A stretch of DNA of 64,000 nt from Amphiscolops sp. MND2022 (taxonomy: Eukaryota): positions 91,576,001-91,640,000 of the forward strand of contig OZ076409.1 of NCBI GenBank assembly GCA_964187785.1, in the 5' to 3' direction. Both the position numbers and the translations under genes were made by a program. This document shows positions 9,927 through 23,092 of the stretch, piece by piece; the stretch's first letter is position 1, and each line of letters begins with the position of its first letter. Below the pieces are notes generated by a model that ran no database searches, was not told where the DNA came from, and saw nothing but the letters and a program-made list of their open reading frames with translations.

Positions 9927-10928
9927 CAGAAAATTATGTCTTCAAGCAACAGTTAATAGTGAACTTTACTGGCTGTCAACAAAACAGAAAATCAACTAAG
10001 ATTTTTGAATCAAACTTGCGGCAGTGGTAACATAAATTCTAGCTGGACTATCAGTCCAAAAGTGTCAATTTGATGATTGCAACAAAGTATTGTTTGTATT
10101 CAGATTCGTCCAAAGATTGTCCTCTCAATAATTAACCCAAGGTATGTATAGTAATCAGGAAATAATTGTGGTCATGTTGCTAAAAATAGCGACAGATTAG
10201 GTCAAAAGGACCGTTGGGAAATGTCATCATATTCACTTCATTTGATTTTAAATAAAGATAGGATCATTCAAGAAGCCCGTAAGCTAAAAACATATCGGGT
10301 AAGGGAAGGGGAGTAAAAGGCGGCACGCCTTTTAAGTCTATATTTCATTGACAGGTTTTCAAGTGGTGATTGTTTACTGGTAAGCTAGTTAATGTAAGTA
10401 TTTTGTGAAGCGGGCCTACGGTCCATGTGTCTGTATGTGACTAATTGAATATAAAATGAGAACAATACTAGGCTAAGGGTGGCCTCCAATTGGCCAATTA
10501 GGTAAGCGTACCACACGTCGAATTGACTAAAGCAGCCCTAATTCGAACGCGTTTCCTTTTACCTTGCTAGTTGAATAATTTATTTGTGTTACAAATTCCG
10601 CATAAACAGCATGAAATAGCATTAGTTTGCATGACACAAGGTATAAATGAATAATCAACCCAAAATTGTACTAAAGTATACATGTTGATTACCAAAATGG
10701 TATTTTAATCATATGTCGAACATCGACAAGTGGACCTGTAGCCCGTAAGAAAGTATAAAATCGTGCTAAAGCAGTTTATATATACTAATTGTTTATAAAA
10801 GTTGTACTCTCGTGGACTGGTGCTCAACGAGGCCTATAGCGGCAGTGCTCCAGGGGGAAGGGGCATATCATTGGCTTCGTCAGGTGTAACTTGAAACCTA
10901 TTGCCATCGCAGGCGGCAGTCTGCGACA
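9345..10928 (-). mobile_element. Solo LTR (1584 bp) of a family related to the 29623-45679 retrotransposon
   Basis: TG...CA ends and perfect 5-bp TSD AAAGG (9340-9344, 10929-10933). The right end ttgccatcgcaggcggcagtctgcgaca matches the other element's ttgccgtcgcaggcggcagcccgcgaca. Confidence 0.9.
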
Positions 10929-12013
10929 AAAGGACATCTACTGGGTTCAAGATAACTAAGGACTTTGCTGCCTTCGAAATTCACTCCGTGATCTTGACCT
11001 AATTTTGAGCAAAGGTTAAAAAACTCGAATTGATGAATTTGTTGGTTAAATTTCTTTACATTTGTTGTTGCCCTCCGATAGTGAACATATCGTTCTTGGT
11101 TGTTTTCGAAAACATTGTTCGAACAAAAAATGAAAAGCGTATATTTCTGGGGCTGTAAATACACCCATCAACAATAGATCTAATTTTTGGAGATCATATT
11201 TTTTATATGAAAATTTCTATTCCTCTAGAAACTAGTTTCACTCAATTGACCTATAATAAAGTTGAAGTTTCTGTTTCTCACGTATTATTTTTGTTAGTAT
11301 TGTTACCATTAGGACGTTACAGCTTAGTGATTATCAATCTACATTATAATCATTAAGAACCTAAAAGTACAACACAGTAGAAAATACATACAAAGTTAAT
11401 ATGATTAACCATATAATCTGAAGGGATCGCTCCTGAACAAAAAAGATCCTGAATTGCAGTGTGTTTCAAATAAATTTCCAGAAATGGAAGTTTTTTAGAA
11501 ACAGTCTTTTGACAAGTTGCTACTCTGGTTGTCTACGTAGAATTGAATTAGACAAAGTTGTTAGGTGCAGGAGGAATGAGACAAGACATGACTGACTAGC
11601 TGTTCAGAATGCAGGAGAAGTTGCACCCGACACGTGATATTGCCTTCAACTGAAACCATCAGTTCATGACTTATTTTAAAAGAGCACACTGCCGCAGTGT
11701 GCTGCCTACTATGGTAACTTTACACGATTAACAACTGCAGGTCAGTTGCCCTACACAGAACTATACTTTCAATATCTATAAACTGTTATGTTTGAAACTT
11801 TTTAAATTTCACATTCAAAATATGTAAATTCAGTCAATATGGTTGTGTTTAATAATATTTGTCAGGAAGCTACAATGACAGGCAGAAAAGAAACGCGTTC
11901 AAACGTCTGCCTGCTCAGTATAGCTAGCATAGCCGGCAATGGCGTAATTGCCAATCACGGCTTGTCACTGGTGAATACATTCATTACTTGGCGCTATTTG
12001 TTCTTAACACTAC

Positions 12014-12213
12014 NNNNNNNNNNNNNNNNNNNNNNNNNNNNNNNNNNNNNNNNNNNNNNNNNNNNNNNNNNNNNNNNNNNNNNNNNNNNNNNNNNNNNNN
12101 NNNNNNNNNNNNNNNNNNNNNNNNNNNNNNNNNNNNNNNNNNNNNNNNNNNNNNNNNNNNNNNNNNNNNNNNNNNNNNNNNNNNNNNNNNNNNNNNNNNN
12201 NNNNNNNNNNNNN
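12014..12213. other. Assembly gap (200 N)
   Basis: Run of N; contiguity across it is not guaranteed. Confidence 0.99.
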
Positions 12214-13669
12214 AATCATTTAAATGATTAATATAAATGAAAGGTTTTCATTTAAATGATTTTTAACCTTTACCTCGACAAAACAAATTCCGGTGAAAAA
12301 CGAAATAGTAATTTGAGTCGAAACAAAATCAAATTGAATTGCTTTGCAAGCGAGCAGCAAATCAAATTGTAACTACCAATCATTTCAATTGCCATTTAGC
12401 CCCAACTGGACCAGGCAATTTCCGGATCCATCCAAAAATCTGGTGTTTAAACTTTAAACCATGCTAAGCTGTTTATAGGGTTACCATTTAAATGAATCAT
12501 ATAAATATTGTTTATGTGATTTCCATATTTTCAATCGTATTTTGACAGTTTATATGTACAACACTGCGTTCGATAGGTGATGTCAGTGGGGTTCTAATGT
12601 TATCCTATTTTCTCAAATTTTTCGTTGCAATTTTGTTGAATTTTGAGATTCATTTTTCATTGTGAATGTAAACGTTTCATTTAGAAATTGGCACTTCATA
12701 GATATTTCTGTGAAGAAATTCACATACACTGAAAACATCCCTCCAGCGATATCTTGAGATTAAAAATGAGAACTTTGCAAATGGGTTTCTAATCGATGTT
12801 AGAAATTAGAGATATGACAAAATGTCAATTTGCAATATTTATCACCAGTTAAATAGGCCGCTCGTAAGCGGAAGCGATGTAATATCTGAATAAGTGTCCG
12901 CAGCGAAAGCGATGGCTCAGCTTTGCACTGATTGGTCAAAACTTTCAGCCATTTTTCAGTCTTATCGAAATGTGACAACCGTGCCAGAGCCTATCTCGCA
13001 TGTGAATCGTTGACATGCAATATGGCAGATTTCCGGAAAAAATTACGCACCGGTTTTCCCATATTTTTGTCAAGTATTGAAAGTTCCACCCGGTACCAGT
13101 ACAATTGAAGGACTATTCCCTTGTGCTCCTATTTTGTTGACAAAAAGCATAGGAGTTAAAGTTCGAAAATTTGGGAATTTTCAGTTGAAAAAATGGGAAT
13201 TTGCTGAGCCAAATGTTTTCCTGAAGCGCTACTTACGCGATAGGGACCAGCCACAAGCACGTTGTTTCGGTAAAAAGAAATTTACTGATTATCATCGAAA
13301 TAGAATTACAAAACTTACTCCCCATTTTGAGAGAACAGTCGCTTCTTTTGGTATCACTTGACCTGTGACATCGACAAACAGTCATACGACATTCTGGGTG
13401 ATGATTTGTAGTTCAGTTTCGTGCCTTTGTTTCCTTATTAATTTTCCTGAGGTTATTACTTTAACCATTGAACGAACCCGAAAAGCAAAAACCTACAGTA
13501 TTCGTTGATGCGGACCATCGAATACCTTTTTAGTCGGCACTTTTCTAGTGGAAAGTGCCCGACTACTGCAGTGGCTAGTTCTTTTTTCTTTTTTTTTCTG
13601 TCAGACCGCAGACCTCACTTTGTATGTATCACTTTTTGTGTATCGAAAGCCTCTAACATAAAATACAAA

Positions 13670-13885
13670 ACCATGCAACATTTTTCGGCACTGTGAGACT
13701 GTTCAAAATTTTCATTTTTCTCGAAAATTTATTAATGTCTCCAAAGGGCCCCTTCAATTTTTTGGATATTTTCCATCAAACTGGATTTTCAAAAAACCCA
13801 AACGGTCCCACTTTTACAATTTTAAAAACTTTGCGCTTTTTGAGCCTTAGATATAATGCCGACTTTAGGCGTTTCCGTCTTGTTT
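13670..13885 (+). repeat. Interspersed repeat family copy (related copies about 23400-23665 and 25545-25875; inverted about 17130-17290)
   Basis: Shared motifs ttttcggcactgtgagact, aagggtcccc(c)ttcaattt and tttgagcc/attagatat..gccgact; boundaries approximate. Confidence 0.7.
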
Positions 13886-16800
13886 GTTTTTGGGATGTTC
13901 GAAATTTCATTCTGAGGAATTTTATCAATGTTGCTGCAATTTCAGGGAAGCTGCAGTGATGATGTTTGCGGGATTGTTCTCTCTAAACAACCACGTCATC
14001 ATTGCGTGTGAACGATTACAAGCAACAACCATTTCACGATACTGTGAGTATTTTCAAAATCCATTACAAATGCAGTTCAAGTTGCAATCGCTTTAGCGGA
14101 CGACCACCAAGGGAGTGAATTAGACAATGACGTAATTAAAAGCACTGCAACACTTGTCAGTGGCTGTCCTGTTTCAAAGAAAATGTATATTTTTTGGTTC
14201 TGCATTACATATTTCTGAAGCGTCTAGAGACATGAATATGCTGTACTCGGAAGAAGCGGAAAAAGGATATTTGGTCACGTGAAACGTGATGCCAGTGGTT
14301 CTTAAAACAAAAAAGGTGAGAACCGTAGTCTCGTGTACAGACAAATGGGCCCCAGTCACAAGGGCCCAATATAAAATGCCTGACTATTTTTTGAGCTTGT
14401 TTCCTCGCACGTAATTGAACCTTTTTGAAGGTGTTAAAGGAAAATAATAATTCAATGATAATGCCATATTGAATGTCACTTCCACACGTAACAAATCGCC
14501 ATTAAAAACCACTTAAACTAAGCGAATTTCTTAAGGCATTTATGAACAAAATACACCAGTTTTCTAGTCAATTGATTACCTGTTTTGTCAATTTAGTCAA
14601 TTAATTCATTGTTTTGAAACGAAAATTTGGTAATTATTCAATTGGAGTGAAGAACTTCAAGTTGGATCCCATGTAGCCTTTGATTGGGGCGCTTATGACT
14701 GGCAACCCTGTAATCTAACTAGCTGGTTTGTCACTCCCGAGAATGTGAACCCCAGGTATTTTAGTAATAACAATTGTTATTACTAAAATATCTGTTGTTT
14801 AAACATTCAATCACTATTAAAAGGGCATTTTACTCTTGATGTACAATCGATTCAACATATCAGCTTTTTTTGTGAATTACACTTGTGTTGAATTACGTAG
14901 TTGTTAAACAAGGTACTGTAAATTTTTGAAACCTCACAGGTGTACACATCAGTAAATATCATGCACTAACAATGCAGTTACAACAAATTTATTTTCTGTA
15001 AAATAAAAGCTCTTAATCATCTTAAATCTGCTCAATGCATTTCAATTTGCCTTCAATTTGAATAAATAGTTGAAAACAAGAAGGTAGCGGCCCAAGTCGG
15101 CGCCCCGCTGAACGTTAAAAAACGTAAAAATTTGTAAGAACATTGAGCCAGAGGGTCGGAGAGAAATCCCACGCGCTCAACTCTTTACAGAAAGGTTTAA
15201 ATTTGGTGAGTAAGTTTCGTTCTATAAGCGTGCAATTCTCTTCAAAACGTCTCTCCGTGCTCAAAATTTTGACTCAAGTCAATCGATCAAGAAAAGAGAT
15301 GTTCAATAATCCAATTAACTTTAAGAGCGAAAACCAAAACGTCTCTTCAATCGTTATCAGATCAATATAACAAAACTAGCTAAGCCTGAGATTCACGATT
15401 CAGTCAACTATGCAGGCACAAGTCCTGAACTTGTACAATTTTTGTCAGTGACTCCCGGAGTTAAACGACCTGTTATTCCAGCTGGTTCGAATCTCCGTTC
15501 TGGTGCCAACGCCCCGAGGCTCAAGTGAATTCTAGCTCTCTAACTCGGTTGTTGAGAAGCGCGAGTGTTATTCCGAACAAGTCTCTTGTCCCCGCAAGAC
15601 TCAACTTGATCCCAGCTTTCTAACTCAGTTCTGTCTATTCCATTATGTTCTAATTCCGCCTCAATTATATTTGTTCATCGCACGTGTTTCAGGTGGTCAC
15701 ATCTTAACCTTCTATCATATTTTGACATTTTCGTTACACACAGGGCGTAGACGTCTTAAATTTGCACGTATTTACCTTCATGTTTACTATTCTTTTTATG
15801 GCATGGCGAACGCGTCTAATTATACTTTAACTAAACATTCTTTGCCGCCAACGATAAATAATTCATCATCTTGTCCGAAGTCCACATTTCAATAATATTT
15901 CAAGTCGCCCAAGATATTTCTAATATCGAGCCAATCGTGAAATGTCCTTCAACGACATGGTTTACATGTTCTCTACGTGTAAGGGTACTTTTCCGTCCTT
16001 TTGGGTGCGGTGCATCCGGAATCGTCTCGCCTGACTGAAATGCATAACTTATCACACAAAGACGATAATTTATATGCTTTGATCTACGTTCTTCCATATG
16101 TTCAGGGGTTGCATCTAGAATGACCTTGAGGTACGTCCGTGGCTTTGAAGTTTCTTGTCGTCATCCAAAGTTGCTACATGCCAACTTATATGGTCCTACG
16201 GTCAATGGTCTTCGAGTTACAAGAAATGCCTATCGTTTGTTTACTTAAGGTGGTTACCCCCGCATGGGTTATAAATACGGCCTCATTCACATTCAAAATC
16301 GATTTCACTCATTATTCCGGTCCATTTGAGATACTACAAGCCAAGGTCGAATGTCTTTTATCGGTCGGGCCCGCGCGGCCGGTCCTGCGTGCCTTAAACA
16401 AACATTACTCCGCGCGTGGTTGACCTATTTATGCATCTTTCATGTATATTAGTTAGGGTTACTAGGTGAACATCATAGGCAATTTTCATAATCCTCGGGT
16501 CGTCCGGTGATGATTTACATAACATTCGGGGTTTGTTTACATAGGGTCTGTGCTCCTCCTACACGCGTCATAGTGTTCCGAAAATTTGCGCAAACGGCTG
16601 AATATACTATGGGGTATCAATTCCCAGTGCTTCATGACTCATTCCGTGTTTCGCCGATGAGTTCCTAGGGGGGCCGACCTAGGTCAGTTCCGGTGCTAAA
16701 AGCTCGGGACCGGTGGGGAGGTAGGAGGTCGGGTACTTCGAGTCGAAAGTTGAGGTAGCACCTCTATTATATGCATGCGAAATTTCAGCTCGATTGGACT

Positions 16801-17295
16801 AGTCCTTCTCAAAAAATGGGGGGATGGTTTTTGGGGATGCCTCTCCTTTCCGCATAAAATAAAAACTTAGTAAAATTCGCTCTCCAAGATGAATTCTGTC
16901 TTCGTGTGAATCGAACAACAAGGTCAGTCTAAGTTCTATGCTTCGCGCATAAATGATTGGATTTTTCTAAAACGCCAAAAAAATCAAAAAATCCAGCAAA
17001 AGTACACTTTGTTAAAATTTCATCAATCTTACAGTGCCAAATTATACCTCGAGGGATACGTATAAGACTTGAAATCCACTTTTTCCACAACTGTAGACAA
17101 CAAAACCTCTGAAAAACTAAAAATCAGGGAAAAAATTTCCCAAATTTTTTTCGAAGTCTCCGGTAAATCGCATAGTGCCAAAAAATGTAAAAGAGGAACC
17201 ATTATTGATTTCTTGAACATCCATTCTGTTGCAAAATATTTTAAAAATTTTGCGAAAAAAAACCTCATAAAGCCGAAATAACATGCACAAAAAAT

Positions 17296-17345
17296 TTTGG
17301 TCAAGGGCGAGACTCGAACCCACGTCCGTCTGCTTCACAGACCAA
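17296..17345 (-). repeat. tRNA-derived (SINE-like) head, 3' half of a tRNA-like sequence
   Basis: Minus strand ...GGACGTGGGTTCGAGTCTCGCCCTTGACCA carries a B-box; no complete cloverleaf; adjoins the interspersed repeat body. Confidence 0.55.
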
Positions 17346-18699
17346 AAAAATCCTGATTAACCTCTAAGCTAAGTGGTAGTAGAAGTTACAAGTTTAGTGT
17401 GGCAGTTAGTGGAAACAACAATCTATGAAGCTCGTTGGTCTTTAAAAAGCCAGTGCTATAGTCTACGAAAAGCGCCAACTAAAAATTCACATCTTTTGCA
17501 AAATGCTTACAAAAACTCTTGTAAGAAAATGCATTATTTGACACTAACTCTTACAAGATTCTTCCAAAGTTTGCGAATTTCTGCTGAAAATGGTTTTAAA
17601 TGCTAAAATTCTACAGAATTTTTACAAAATTTGCATCGTTCGGAATTGCATCAAAATGCAAACCAAAATCCTACCAATCTAGCGGCTTCTGGACTTTTAA
17701 TTCAGATGATATTCAAAAAAGACAAAATGAGTCCAAAAAAATTTTGGTCGAATTTTTTTGTCGAATTTTTGGTCGAAAAAAACACTTCGCATTTTCGTAA
17801 GCATTTCTTACGGATAGATGCAAAATTTGGTAAAATGTTATCAGATTCTTGCACGAAATGTTCAACATTGTAACAATTTTGCAAAAATTGCGATTCTTTT
17901 ACAAACTTGTAAAATTCTAGTAGGAAATGCTTTATTGGTGAGAACTTAGGCCGAATTTTGCAAAATCTGTGATATCCGAAAACTAGGGTCTGATCAAAGT
18001 CTATTCATCCTTTTTGGCCTACATTATCTAGTCATCTTTTAAAATACAAGTTTAAAACACTTTTAAATTACTGTAATACGATGTACATGCTGTAGAATTG
18101 ATCTATCAAAGAATAAATAACGTTTCGGATAAACTATAGTACTAACTACACAAGCAGTGATATTACATACCATTGCTAGCAATCTTTAGCTGACCTTCTC
18201 GATTCAGAAAAATAACCATGGTCCACAAGAACTGGATATGAAAACTCATGGGCTCAAGAAAAGTGAAAAGTGAAACTCCATTCAAAAACTGAAATCTGAC
18301 CTTTTGAACCCTGAAAATGTCATGAAAGTAGCTACAAATGGAAATTGTTATTTTCATTATCCGTAAGCGGTTTTTATTAGGTTTACTGATTAACGTCAAA
18401 CCTGATTTTGAATTTCAGGTTGAATCGCTTCTTTGACCTTTTGTGATACAACTAGCATTTTTTTAAACGGTGTAATACTGCGTCCGAATTCATTCGGTTT
18501 AGTGTCAATCAAAAGATAATTCAACTGAAAATGACCGAGGCAAACGAAACTATTAATGATTCTATTATGTGTTGATGCATACTTATATACAATATCTATG
18601 TTAGATTAAATTTTGGGAGAATCATTGATAGTAGTTTTGAAATAAACGTTCAATTGATGAAATAAAGAGCCAATTCCTACTTTTTCGAACAAAGTCAAA

Positions 18700-21600
18700 G
18701 TAAAACATGGCGCAGTCATCAATCTTATTTACCTCTTACGTTGTTTTTATTGTGACCAAGAAGATGATATGAGCAACAAATAAATCGAAGTACCTAATTC
18801 CGAGGCCACCAACGACGGAAAGATGATATTTACAACGGAACATTAGCTCGAAAGATTTTGGCAGCATACAAAGCGGAAGTACAGAATGGACATAGGAGAA
18901 TTATTGCTGGTAGTCGAAAATACACAAAAAGGTAGTTCCGAAACAGAAGGTGAAATACAAGATAACTTTATGTGGGACATCGGCCCAGAAGAGGTACACC
19001 AAAGGACACGGGCACAAAACAGGACCAAATTAGATAAAATAACGGTTAAACATTTGATACCGCTGCGTAACAAACACCTTCTACCGAAAAGAATTTACAT
19101 CATAATCAGGCAAAATATCTTCTGGACGAAACATACTAAAACAGAAAGACCAGAAGATTCTGGCGGAAATTGATAGGAATTGACAATCGCAATCACAGAC
19201 AAAAAGCGTCGAGAAAAAAATTATAGAAGAACCGAAACAAAACATGGATAGTTTCACAACAAGGACAAAAATAATCATAACAGTAGACCATGTCAATTCT
19301 GCAACTCACCGAACTGAACCGAACACATATGTCACGCGTTGGATCAAACATTTAAAAGTTGCGGAAAGAAGGGCCAAATTGGGCGGAAAGAAGGGCCACA
19401 GGGGGCTTGCTGATTAGGAAAAAACATGAACACAAGATACGGAATATAACCGAGAACGGGAATACAGCGATTGGAGGAGAAACCGACTAATCAGAATGGA
19501 GTGTCAACAGAATTGGAAGTATCAATTAAATAGTAGGCAAAAACAAATTTCTGACGACAACAGTGGAAGTAAACAGGACGGAGAGAGTGTTTATAATAGA
19601 CGCCGTATCACCAATTTTAATTTTGCCGAAGGATAACAAAACAATCGAAGAAACCAAAGTACAAAAAGTTAAACACAGGTAACAAGATGTAATCAAAAAC
19701 GAAGTGAAATTCCGGGAAGAATAAGGTAGGTACTAAATATGAAAACAGCAAATCATAATGCAGAAACTAATCACCGAAAGAAAGGATATAACACGATGTA
19801 CAGTTGGAGAAATTCATGCTAAAAATTGAAAACCATCGGTTAGACAGCAGCAACTAATCAAAGAGCAGAATAACAAACAAGTTTCCTGGCGTCAGAAACA
19901 ATACTACTTAAAAGGACATCAGAAAAATACAACTAAAACTGAGAGACTATCTGGTAAAGCAAAATAGACAGGACAAACCCGACTCCACTCACAGGAAGCA
20001 GTCGGAAAAGAATTAGCAAATCCAACAAAATCCGGGCTCCTGGAGAGCGTAAAACATGTGGATGAAGATTGCTTTGTTTAACTGATGGTAATAACTCAAA
20101 AAAATAACGATTTAGTAACAACTGCATTAGAGTCACGAAAATTGAACGACGTCTGTGTAAAAGTCCAACCTCACATGACGAACATGGAAGGGCTATTAAA
20201 TCAGATTCCGGTATAAATAAGCAACTACCGGATAATACAACTTACGATATCGCAAACTGAGCGGATTCAAACAACGGTTCAACTGATTGGCCATTATTCT
20301 CACAATCTTGCAGAAGAAAAATGACCGAACACTAGATCATTGTACGCGAGCATGGATAGACGACATCATTGTTATGATACAGGAATAGCAGAAAAACCGG
20401 TTATCGTGCGAGTGGCAGAAAATCCGAGTGCTTCCTAAAAACAAGTGGTAGTTGGGACACGAAAGACATGATAATCGAATGAAGTCAAATGCAGAAATGG
20501 TGACAGCGATACGTCTTCCTACCAAGAGAATCGGAACAAACCGACAGAGTACGGAATCTGTTGAAGATGAACATATAATGAATGTGGGAATAGAAGTAGA
20601 AAACGATTTTACAACATCAAACGAAATGTTGAGCGAAGAGTCAGGTTTAGGACACTACACGAAATACAACATTGTATCGATCTGGAGATATCATTTTGGC
20701 AAAAACTGTCAGATGGAGTTATAAAGTCGATAGCATCCGGAAGCAAATTTTGAAACTGTAATGAAGAAAAATACTCAATCGAAGTAATGATTTATTAACA
20801 GTTGTCTGGGTGTAGGAAAAATTAGCAACGACCGAGAGAAACCGAAGCGTAAACAAAATAAACAAAAAAACGGTAGTCAGTCCAAGAAACGATCTACAAA
20901 AGTTCAAACGCGATGAGAATCAACTGCAGTGATTAGCATTACCTACTTTTAGGAACAAAGTGGATCTTGATTGTTTCTACTGGGGGGGGGGGGCAATCAA
21001 CTGCCGAAATCAGGAAAATCGAAAATCATTCAAAGCAGAGAACAGAGACCGGAGATTATCACGGATAATAAAAAGAAGATTGGAAATAGCCTAACCCGGA
21101 ACGATCAAAAGGAGATAAGATCAGAACGCCAAACAAATCTGAGTAGAGAGCAAACAAAAGGAGCAGAGAGGAGATTGCCGAAATGGACGACGCGCTGATA
21201 CAACGTTCAGATCGACTGGGCAGGCTATCGCTGTCTCCGAATTAAAATGGAGATTTTCTTGGAATTGTAGATTTGAAAAAGTACATAAAGGAATTGAAAC
21301 AAGCCCATTTTGTTCATAAAAGACAATTGTTTTGGAACCGTAATCGAAGGGAAGAAAATCACAGCAGAGCAATCAAAAAAGCTGAGATGAATTTCTTGCT
21401 AAATCCCAAAAGAAAGATCACAAAATCGACAACCGATGCGGAACTAAACAGTGGTGGTACTGTTCATATTCCACAACGACATGGGAGCGGAGAATTACCG
21501 ACGGATTATCAATGAGATGGGACTGACATTCAATAACGAAAAGTTCATTGTCCCGAGCAAACTCCAGAAAAAAACTATCAGTCAAGTTACGTTTTGGCCA

Positions 21601-22050
21601 CCACGCCGGGACCACCAAGATTGCATCCGAAGCGAAAGATACCTGGTGGCCAAACATCACCCGAGAAAATCAGGATAGAGTGTAAAATTATGTAGCCTGC
21701 CTAGTCTTTAGTATGAATTTAAAAAATCAAACACCGAAGCACATTGGCGGAAAACTACAAATAGACATCAAGCAAGAAAATCACATTTATTTTTCGGGAA
21801 GGTATGTAACAAAAAATTGAACGGTAAGTGCCGAATACTAATAGTGATGGATGGATTTAGTAAATGACAGACCATGAAAACATGCAAAACATTCGAATCA
21901 AAAGAAGTCATTGAATTAGAACACTGCACACCGAGAATACACCACAGGTACGGGAGCAGTCCAAAGCGCAATCCAACAATAAAAAAAACTTGATTTTAGG
22001 TTATTTGGAAGAGAATTAATGCCTGACGTAACTTTATCGCCTTCTAGGTT
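18700..22050 (+). pseudogene. Heavily decayed Gypsy-type gag-pol remnant
   Basis: Fragments resembling gag (DNFMWDIGPEEVHQ), protease (IIDAVSPILI), RT (WIDDII) and integrase, broken by many stops and frameshifts; boundaries approximate. Confidence 0.6.
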
Positions 22051-22997
22051 TCGTCCCAGTATTTGACTGAAGTTTTTGCAACCTAGTAGTTACGCAATAA
22101 GTCATGCGTTATTTGGTGACGTGTAATTTGAAATTTCAATTCGTGTTTTGTCCTGTAACAATTAAACCAATAGCATGGAAATTGATAACGTCATGATCTT
22201 GTGACTTAAGAAAAGAAAACATCCTCCAAAAAAGTTTTGTTCATATATATCACATCACCTTTGATAAATCCTAGCTGCATTAGGTCGAATTGGCACAACG
22301 CGACTTGCAAAAGACCCTTCTTCAAACTTCTAAAAATTTCAAAACATTACAGCACAGGAAATGAAAAGTTTCCGAAAATAGTGCATAACAGATTGTATGA
22401 GTTTAAATTGTGAACAGTATTTGCAGATTGAAATCTGATCTGATTTGAGGACACGAGGTGCAATGTTTGTGCGATATTTTTTACATTCGTCTGCAAGACG
22501 CCTTCAGAAAAAAAAGATTTTTTGAACTTTTTGAAATTAAACAATTCCTTTTTATTCAAAAAAGCCATGGAAAATCTCAACCAAAACACCTCCAGAGATC
22601 TGGAAACTTCACGTACAAAGATTTCAAAAAAAATGTTTTTCAGAAATGACTCCTTTCACCTCCTCTTCATTCGCATCTTTGATTGATAAAAGTAAATAAT
22701 TCGATTATGAATTGTTTCGAAAATAAACGAACTGTTTGAAAATAAACGAGATTAAAGCAAGTCATGTCCCCCTGGTCGAGGCTCTAAAAATACAAAGTCC
22801 CCTTAAATACGCTCAAAAACTCTAAATGAGAGAAAAGAAGGTTTTATAAGGTTGTCAAACAGCTTTTTGCTGAAAATGTTTCGAAAAATGAAAGAGAGTA
22901 CCTTTTAGTTAAATTGAAGAACGTGAAAAAACTCATAGTGCCAAAACAAACCCAAAGGGGGACCTTGTGGCATACAGTCCACCTTTTGCAAAAACAA

Positions 22998-23092
22998 TTT
23001 TGGTTCAGTGAAGGATTCGAACCGAAGTACACCTGCCTTGCTGACCTGATTGCTTCTCTTCGCAGACCTACTGAACGCCAGACAGACAGCCA
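22998..23092 (-). repeat. tRNA-derived (SINE-like) head
   Basis: Minus strand ...GTACTTCGGTTCGAATCCTTCACTGAACCA B-box-like sequence next to an inverted copy of the repeat family. Confidence 0.5.

Noticed and set aside
11839..12231. ORFs spanning the N run
   Set aside because: Artefacts of the assembly gap.
15380..16860. GC-richer segment with short internal repeats, possible LTR or other element
   Set aside because: No second copy, TIR, TSD or coding motif could be established within the window.
17296..17345. Possible tRNA gene (also near 22998-23092)
   Set aside because: Only the T-arm/B-box is recognisable, there is no full cloverleaf, and both are attached to a repeat family, so they were treated as SINE heads.
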